From Phaeosaccion multiseriatum (Eukaryota; Protista; Ochrophyta, other classes), in contig OZ218954.1 of the NCBI GenBank assembly GCA_965112735.1, forward strand, positions 372,001-436,000: a stretch of 64,000 nucleotides of DNA, read 5' to 3'. The position numbers and the translations under genes are program-made. The notes beneath the pieces are model-generated. The model saw only the letters and a program-made list of their open reading frames with translations, was not told where the DNA came from and did not search any database. Shown in pieces: positions 47,225-64,000 of this stretch; within the stretch, counting starts at the first letter, position 1; the number at the start of each line of letters is the position of its first letter.

Positions 47225-48883
47225 ATGGCCAGGCTGCACCACCGTCTTGTGAGGAGGAGGTCTCTATCGGGCTCTTCCTCCCCGAAGAGGGGGGAGACCC
47301 TTCGAGCCTTCTCCATCGCCACGATCACCTCGCTCTCGCCTCTCCTCCTCTTCTCGGCCATGCTCTTCTTCTTTGGGCTGCCGAGTCGCGCCACGGCCTT
47401 CGTCACTGCGCCGTCAGCCTCATCATCAGCAGCGGCAGGGGGGGGGAACACCAGCACCAGCAGCAGCTTCACTCACAATGGAGTCGCTTACCAAAGGGGA
47501 CGCCTGGTGTCCCGGTCGATGTTGAGTCCAGCAGTTAGGGTGGCGCGGAGAGGCAGGCCTGCTGGCGGCGCTGGTGTTGCTGCGGCCTCCAAGACCCGAT
47601 TGTCCATGTGTGTCGCGCGGGAGACCGGTGAGGATGACCCACAGGTAAGAAATAGCAGGGAGGGAGGGCATTCCCGCGCAGGGCTTGAGACGTTGTGGTG
47701 GTGTTTGTCTTCGGACCCTCACGGTCCAACTGCCGCCACGGCCCGACTGCCGGCACGGCGCCATGCCAGCAGCTCTATCCTCTCTGTTAGATGCTGCACA
47801 GTCCGACATGACAGACTGTGTTTCCTTCAGTCGCTAACCCCCCGGCATGGCATGGGCATCATTACATTTTTTTTTTTTCAAATGCTGACGTCCTCCAATC
47901 CCGACCTTCCGCCTCCTGCTATTGCAACCCCCCTCAGGTGTCGATGCTACACCAGTCCGCCCGTCTCGCCACCAAGGCAGGCCGTCTCGACTGGGCGAGG
48001 CAGTTCTACCACCTGGTGCTCTACAGCTGGCGGAGTCCCCCCAAGGTGAGCAAGTGAACAAGGGCAGCAGTCGGGGGGGGGGGGTTCGGGCCGGCGTGGC
48101 GTTGTGGCACGTGGGGGGGGGGTCCGGGGACTCATTCACATGCCTACCCTCGCAACCATACTAATCCTTCCCTCCCTGTCTCACCGTCTCCCCCTCTCCC
48201 CCTGTGCTCCACCTGCTCCACCCGACGACCACAGGGATGCGCCATGGCACACACCTACCTCCTGCTGGCCCTCCTGGAGCAGAAGGTTGGGGACATGGAC
48301 GCTGCTCGTCGAGTATTCATAGAGGGAAGCGCCCGAGCTCCTGGTGAGTCAGAGGTGTTTGTTTGTTTGTTTTGTTTACGGACTTTATAGGAAAGGAATC
48401 AACTAGAAACGAAACTTGAAGGAGGTGTAGGCAGTAACCCCCCACTTCCAGTCCCCTCCATTTTACTTTGCTCACGAAGGAAAGCAGGCTCAGCACACAC
48501 ACACATATATATATATATATACACCCACCCCTACTCACCCACTCATTCACTCCCCATTCAGTCACAACCCGTTCATGAACCAACTGACTCACCCCCCCAC
48601 CTCACCACCCCCCCCACCCACAGAGTGCGCTCGCCTGTTCCAAGCTTGGGCTCTGTTCGAGTACAAGCAGGGCAACGGAATAACCGCCAAGTGCCTGGCG
48701 GAGCGGGCCGTGCATCTGGACGGCAACTTACGCCCCCTCCTGCGATGGAAGATCTGGCGGGATCTGGAAGACATTCCACCGCGCGACGTTACATCATCTT
48801 CTTCTTCTTCCTCCTCCTCGCCCGTCCCGACCACCATCGCCGTCTCTTCGGCAGAGTCGAGTGCTGTGCCTCTGGCAGCCTGA
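47225..48883 (+). CDS. Plastid-targeted HAT/TPR-repeat protein (HCF107/Mbb1-like)
   Basis: Hydrophobic signal ending RATA-FVT (ASAF-type) and a Ser/Arg-rich transit region. Spliced HAT repeats LALLEQKVGDMDAARRVF and LFQAWALFEYKQG. Confidence 0.7.
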
Positions 48884-50317
48884 GGTCTTGTGAGTTTGAG
48901 TTTTTGAGAGTGTGTTTGTAGCCTGAGCGTGGGGGGCCAGGCGTACATCACAAAAGGGTCTTCAATATGCCTGGATGGCAGCTGATGGATGGACTCAATC
49001 GCGCGCGGGGGGGGGGGGGTGGGCGGGGCGGAGGGGCGGTTGAGAATTGGAAAGGAATGGGCTCCCCGTTATGAGGGAGACCCAATTTCGAGAGGATGAG
49101 TGAGGGGGAGAGGGAGGAGGAGACGGGTGTGGATGTGAGGGATAGGGGAAAGGGAAAACTCCTTCTCCTTCGCTCCTCCCCCTTCTCCTCCTCCTACTCC
49201 TCCTACTCCTCCTCCCCCTCACGGGTGTGGCGACGGGGCGGGGCGAGGGTCTGGCGGGGTGGAATGTGGTGCACGCATTCCATATCCAAAACGCCAATAC
49301 TCTCTGTCGCCGTTTGTGAATATACCGTCGCCATCTGTAAATAGAGGGGTTTGCTTGTACACTGTGGAAGGGGTGAGGGGGGGTTATGTGTGGGTATGTG
49401 TTTGTGCGTGTGGATGTGGGTGTGTGCGTGTCGGTGGGTGTGTCTACACCACTGAAATTGGAAATTGACTTGGGGCAATCGCAGGCGGGAAGAATAATTC
49501 ATCATTCTCATGTAAAGTAATACTTACGTAAAATTACTTTCTTTTCTTTTCAATATACACTTAAGTTTCATTCAAGCCTCTGTGCTGATCAAGTACGTGA
49601 CGTGTGTGTAGTTTGCTCGCTCTCTCGCTCTCTCTCTCTCGGGGACTGCCTCGCTAGCCCCCATCGACGACATGGCGACGACATGGATCGACCATCGATT
49701 ATGCCGACATCGGCCACCAGCCCCCTGCCTACTCTACATCCATCAGCTGCCATCCGAAGAGTTGATAGTCGGATGGACAGGGTCTACTCCTTTATTTGTG
49801 CCTACGTACATATGAAGTACCATGGAAAGCGAAGTAGTGACGCTTCCGACTTAACAGCTGCTGTCCCCCCCCCCCGCGGATGGAAGACAGCGAATATCTG
49901 AAATTGAAGCTGCAACTGCAACTGAAATTCAAAGGGACAGGCCCTTAGAAATGCAGCAGTACAGTACAGTAGGAGCAGCAGCGTATCACCAACTGCTGCT
50001 ACTGCTGCTACTGCTGCTGCTGCTGCTTGATTGATCGATCAATGTGGTTTGTCTATTCGTTATATTCCAATCTCCATGCTCTTGACACACAAACATGATG
50101 ACTACGGTAAAAGATTAGTGCCCAGTTCTGTCTTTCTTTCTCTCTCTCTCTCTCTCTCTCACTACACCTCTGAGTTGGTGTAGTGAGGTGAAGTGAGAGG
50201 TGAGGGAGATACAGCAGCAAATGTATTCGGCATTCCACTCGCAGTCTCTCTGATCTCTCTCCATAAGGAGGCGCCTCCCCTCTCTCCTGCCTCACTGACT
50301 TACTGCATCACTATCTT

Positions 50318-53300
50318 TTACGCCTGCGCCTCGCTGATGGCGGCCATTTTATCCAGACAGGGCGCGGCATCCATATCCTCGAGGGCATCGAATATAGAGC
50401 CCTCAGTGCCATCCGCTGCCATCTTCACCCGGGGGTCCACACTCCATGCCTGAGTGAGTGTCAGGACAGTGAGTGTCAGGACAGTGAGTGTCAGGACAGT
50501 GGGTGTCAGGACAGTGAGTGTCAGGACAGTGAGTGTCAGGACAGTGAGTGTCAGGACAGTGAGTGTCAGGACAGTGGGTGTCAGGACAGTGAGTGTCAGG
50601 ACAGTGAGTGTCAGGACAGTGAGTGTCAGGACAGTGGGTGTCAGGACAGTGAGTGTCAGGACAGTGGATGTCAGGACAGTGAGTGTCAGGACAGTGGGTG
50701 TCAGGACAGTGGGTGAGGGAGTGGATAGATGGGTGGGATGAAGGGGGGGGAGGAGGGAGGGAGGGAGGGAGGGAGCGGAGTGGGTGGGCGGATGGAGGAA
50801 GTGAGTGGAGTGAAGAGAGACAGACAAGGAAAGAGGGAGAGTAAAGAGAGATAAAGCAAGACAGGTAGACAGAGATGAGGAGGGAAATGAAGAGGGAGAG
50901 GACGAGATAGAGAGGAGAGAAGGAAGAGAGAGACAGGAGAGACAAAAGAGCGAGATGGAGAGAGAGGTAGAGGGAGAGAGGTGTATAAATAGACAGGTAG
51001 GGAGAGAAGATCGAGAGCCATATAGAGACAGCGAGAGCGATACAGAGACAGTGAGAGAGAGAGAGGGAGAGAGGGAGAGGTAAGAGCGAGGGTTTGAGAG
51101 GCAGAGAGAGAAGCAGAGCGAGAGAGAGAGGGAGAGTGAGGGAGAGATGGAGAAGGAGAGGGAGAGGCAGAGACAAAGGGCGAGACAGAGAGAGAAATAG
51201 AGAGAGACAGGGAGCGAGAGAGAGAGGCAGAGAGAGAGAGAGAGCTGTGTACCTGGATGGTTTCTGCGGAGAGTCCCTTGGCGATGAGGCTGGATCCGAA
51301 GGGGTCATCTTCCGCCTTGGCCCCCAGCCTGACACCAGGTACAGTACGGTACGTACACACACAGGGATAGAGAGGAGGGAGGGAGGGAGGGAGGGAGAGA
51401 GGGAGGGAGGAGGAGGAGGAGGAAGGGATAGAGGGAGGGAGGGAAGGAGACAGGGAGGGAGAGAGGGGTGCAAGGAGACAGGGAGGGAGAGAGTCAGAGT
51501 CAGGGTCAGGGTCAGGGTCAGGTACGACAACAGCACCCACCCACCCACCCACCCACCCAACCATCCGCACACACGCACACACTCCACTGTCCTGACACCC
51601 ACCACCCTCTGTCCTGACACCCACCCACCCATTGTCCTGACACCCGCTCACCCACCCACCCATTATCCTGACACCCACCCACCCACTGTCCTGACACCCA
51701 CCCACCCACTGTCCTGACACCCACCCACCCACTGTCCTGACACCCACCCACCCACCCACTGTCCTGACACCTATCACTCACCAGTTCATCCTCTCCGCCA
51801 GGCCCTCGAAGGGAGAGGCGCTGGCATGCACGCCGTTGTCGCCCTTGTCAGGCTCTGACTTGAGCCCTGTCATAAACAATCCAATAAAGAATACGATGAT
51901 GTAGAGTGAGTGTCAGGACACAGGGTGGGAGGGTGTCAGGATCCATCGGTCGTAGCATGAGTAAGGACGTCACCGCTCTCGTCGTCCTTCTCCTCCTCCT
52001 CCTCCTCCTCCTCCTCCTCCTCAGCTCACCAAATTCCTCCCACTTTGTGAGAATCGTGTTGCGGATGGACTCAGGGGGTCCCTCCTTGGGGTCTGTGGGA
52101 CCCAACAAAGACCCTCGGAAGTCAGCCCAGGACAGCGCGCTGGGGAGGGAGGGAGGGAGGGAGGGAAGGAGGGGGAGGGGAGGGAGGGAGAGAGTGGGAG
52201 ACGAAAGAGAGAGAGAGAGAGGGAGGGAGGGAAGGAAGGAAGGGAGAGGGAGAGAGAGTGTGTGAGTGAGCGAGAAAGAGGGGAAAGAGGGGAGAGAGAG
52301 GGGACAGGAAGGGAGGAGGGAGGAGGGAGGAGAGAGCGCTTTCGGGGGTCTCTCAGTGGTCAGAGACGCACGTACGCACACACACGCACACACACACGCA
52401 CGCATTGTTCCCTAACTTATTCACGCCCCTCACGAAAGGAAAGCCCCCTAAATATTAGAAACAAGTGGTGAGTGAGTGAGTGAGTGAGTGAGTGAGTGAG
52501 CCCCCTAGCGGAGGATGACATTCATTGACTTACGAAGGGGTCCACTCCACGGAGTAGTAATGGATCTTCTCTCCGGGGGCTGTGAACTTGGAGCGCATCC
52601 TGCATTCGACAGATGGCAGTGGATGGATGGATGGCAGGGGATGGCAGTGGATGGATGGCAGGGGGTGGCAACGGATGGATGGGATGGCCACAGACACAAC
52701 AGAAAGGAAATGATGAGGATGTTGGCAGCGGGGGTAGAGAGAGGGGGTGTGGGGGAGGGGGGATGAAAGTTCATCTCGTATGGCCCGCTTGGAAAGGCAG
52801 TGGAGGATGGCAGCAGATGCTTGGAGGGGAGGGTTTGTTGACATATGAGGTGTTCCTTGACTTACACCATGAAGAAGGCGTTGAAGACGTAGCACGGCTC
52901 CTTGCCCTGCGAAGCGTAGGGAGGAGGAAGATGGCAGTGGATGGAGGAGGAGGAGGAGGGGGAGGAGGAGGAGGAGGGGAGGGGAGATTGCTTGCTAAGT
53001 TATACAAAGGAGGGAGAGAGAGACGGAAAGAACGAGAAGAGGGGGGGATAGAGACGGATACAGGGAGAGGAGTAGAGAGGAGAGAGAGAGGAGTAGAGAG
53101 GAGAGAGAGAGACGTTTCGCTCCCCCGAACCTCAACCTCCTGCAATGGATTTCAATAAAACTCACTGACATGTACACTATATACTCACTGCTTTATACTC
53201 TCACTGCTTTACACTCACTCACCTCCACAGAGTCGATCTTTCCACAGTAGAAGCCCCCCCCGAACTTGGTGGGGGTGCACTTCTTCCACTCGGCGTCAAG

Positions 53301-53780
53301 CCCCGCAGCATCCACACCGAGGTACTCACAGGCGTCCATCGCGTTGTACGCGGTGCCGGCCTTCAGCTGTTGGTGATACAGGGAGGGAGGGAGGGAGGGA
53401 GGGAGGGAAGGGAGGGAAGGGAGAGAGGGAGGGAGCGAGGGAGGAAGGGACGGAGGGAGGGAGAGAGGGAGGAAGAGAGGGAGGGAGGGAGGCAGGGACG
53501 GAGGGAGGGGTTAGGGGAGTGGAGGGAGCAGGAAGTCACTGAAACTGAAACTTACACACACACATTAAAACTCAAACTCACCACCGCCTCCCAAGACTCT
53601 CCGAACGCCTCCTGGAACTTTTCGGATGGCACCGCAAGGTCAGCGGGCTTGAGGATGGTGGCCTTGGAAGCGATGGCGTAGTAGTGCTGAGTGTCAGGGC
53701 AGGGGGTGGGTGGGTGGGTGAGTGGGTGGGAGGGAGGGGGAGGAGGACGAGCAGACAAGGCCAAACGGTCGGGGGGGAAT

Positions 53781-53826
<46 letters not shown>

Positions 53827-55580
53827 GGAGGGCGACGAAGGAAGTGTGAGAGAAGAATCAAACAGTACCGTCTGAGTGTGTGGCGTACGATAGCAGCGAG
53901 GGTTGCAGTTTCAGTTCCAGTTGTTCTTCCACCTTACGAAGCCTTACGAAGGAAGCCCTACGCTACCCAACCTCAACCAAGGAAGCTTTCTTACCTGATC
54001 GATGAGCTTCTTGGAATCGATGTCCTCAGAAGAAATGTCCCCCTCGGAGAGGATGGTCAGGCCCTGTCAGGGCAAGAGAGGGAGGGACAGACGCACAGAG
54101 GGAGAGGGAGAGGGAAAGAGAGAGAGAGGGAGAGACAGCAGGGAGAAGGGGAGAAAGAGGGGAGTGAGGAGAGAGGGTGGAGGGAAAGAGGCAAGAAGAC
54201 AGAGGGAAAAGAGGGAGAGAGAGAGCATCCCATCCCATCCACTGCCATCCATTGAGTCGTCCCATCCACTGCCATCCACTGCGTCGCACCTTGTCTACGA
54301 GCTTAGCCTTGACCATCTCCTGAACTGCCTCTGTGCACGCGTGGGGCTTGATGAACACGAAGGCCGCGTTCTTCATCGACAGCGCACTCTTCTCTCTGTG
54401 GGAAGAGTGGGTGGAGTGGGTGGAGCGGGTGGGTTGGTAGGGACAGCAGAGCGTGGGTGGATGGGTATAGAAGAGGGTGGGTGGGTGGGTACAGAAAAGG
54501 GTGGGTGTCAGGACACAGGGTGGGGTGGGTGGGTACAGAAAAGGGTGGGTGGGTGTCAGGACACAGGGGTGGGTGGGTGGGTGGGTAGGGGTAGCAGAGG
54601 GAAGACGGGGTGGGCATCTTGGGCATCTTGGGCATCTTGGGATGTTGATGTTGGGTGTCCTTTATGTGGGGTGGGCCAACATGCCCCACCCTTTCAGTCC
54701 CATCCACTGCCATCCCATCGCATCTCTAATCTCTGACGTGTCCAGTGGGGTGCTGGACCAACTCTCTCTCTTGTTTCTTGCCTCTTATAAGGATCAAGCA
54801 ATCAATCTATTTATCAATCTCTCTGTCTCCGTCTCCCTCTCTTTGACCTACCATATTTACCTGAGGAAGACCTCCTTGGTGATGTTTCCCTCCTCATCCT
54901 TGAGGCTACCAATCTACCTATCTATCTCTCCGTCTCCCTCTCTTTGACCAACCTTATTTACCTGAGAAAGGCCTCCTTGGTGATGTTTCCCTCCTCATCC
55001 TTGAGGCTGTCGAAGAGCTCCTCATTGAAGGACTCACCAGCGAGCTCCTTGCACTTGTCCTAATGGCAGAGTAGTAGATATAAAGGGAGGAGGAGGAAGA
55101 GGAGGAGGGGGAGGAGGAGGAGGGAGGAGAAGAGGTAGCAGTTGCAGTAGGGGGAGGAGCAGACCAGCAATAAACACAGGAGTGAGAAGAGGAAGAGAGG
55201 GAAGGAGGAGGTGAGAGGAAGAAGAGGGATAATCGCAAGGTGCTCATGGGTGGATGAGATAAAGGAAGGAACAAGAGGAAGCCAAGGGATTCTTGGCCTT
55301 GTCTTGGGCGATACAAGGCAGATACGAGCAGAGATCTTGCTAGGGGGGGGCGGGGGGAAGGGTTAGAACAAGGGGGAGGGGAGGGAGGGGGAAACAAAGT
55401 GGAAAACCACGAAGAGGCACCATAAAGCCTTGCAGTTGTTGTACACAGGACAAGCAAGCAGCGACACCACACTGCCGTGCAGGAGATGGGGGAAGGGACA
55501 AACGAAAGACGAGGGAAAAGCAACGAGTGAAAGGCTGATGCCAGGATACCTTGTCGATCTTGTCAGGAAGGGACCTCGGC
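50318..55580 (-). CDS. Nucleoside diphosphate kinase-like protein with N-myristoylation motif
   Basis: MGSGAS N-terminus; AFVFIKPH, QHYYAIASKA, FRGSLLGPTDP, SIR, DNGVHASASPFEGLAERMNW; many GT-AG introns. Confidence 0.85.
50455..50712. repeat. 15-bp minisatellite (GTGTCAGGACAGTGA)n in an NDK intron; the same core recurs in many introns
   Basis: About 17 tandem copies. Related units at ~24236-24365, 29947-30040, 33590-33810 and 51588-51775. Confidence 0.9.
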
Positions 55581-56037
55581 GTGGATGCTCCCGATCCCAT
55601 GATGAGTCTAGTTAGTCTCTATGTAAGGGAGGTGGAGATACTCTACTTCCAGAGGGAGGGTGGGACGCGCAGACAAAGAGAGAGGAGGGCAACGGTTGTA
55701 TCGATAGAATCCAAAGGGTGGAAGGGGCTGTAGACTGCCATCCCAAAATCCGTTAAAGGGAGAGCAGCTCTTTGCTCTAATAATAAGCCCCTTTACAGCT
55801 AATGAGGTCCCCTTCAGAACTCAAGGGGGAATAGCAGGGGAGGGTGGGAGCTAGGGCTAGCAGCAGTACCCTTAGAGGGCTTCTCTGGCTTTCCTTTTAC
55901 CATCGTTTGGGCTTCGATCCCCTTCGATCGTTTGGTCTGATTTATTTCGTCTCCAGATAGGACGAGCAGCAGCGACGGGCCAAAATAGCTAAGAGTAGTA
56001 AGATAGTTCTCCTCTGTTAGAGGAGGAGCGATCAATC

Positions 56038-64000
<7,963 letters not shown>

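Noticed and set aside
48950-50300. Short ORFs between the HAT and NDK genes
   Set aside because: No recognisable motifs or consistent splice structure; likely UTR or intergenic.

Overview
Eukaryotic, intron-rich (GT-AG), microsatellite-laden genomic DNA, probably from a photosynthetic stramenopile (ochrophyte). That assignment is inferred from an ASAF-type bipartite plastid presequence and a brown-algal-style one-LRR-per-exon gene. Positions ~19.8-64 kb hold ordinary housekeeping genes in four head-to-head pairs: P4-ATPase/DnaJ, PPR-SMR/SURF2, RNPS1-like/HAT-repeat protein, NDK-like/WW coiled-coil protein. The first 19.4 kb is an accessory region with two striking loci. (1) A spliced gene of about 3,000 codons (~3259-14641). 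Its phase-matched exons join a Gly/Arg-rich region, a zinc-dependent deaminase domain (HAE...PCYAC) and a greatly enlarged TnpB/Fanzor2-type RuvC nuclease with D/E/D catalytic residues and a C4 zinc finger, making it a candidate natural deaminase-Fanzor fusion with base-editor-like architecture. A structured GC-rich segment downstream could be the omegaRNA or the element end. (2) An immune-receptor-like gene (15959-19325) with eight tandem, recombining LRR exon-intron cassettes that vary almost only at solvent-exposed residues, followed by a SAM-like and a DUF4145/HEPN-like domain. All gene models were predicted by eye from splice sites and reading phase; no database searches were run.
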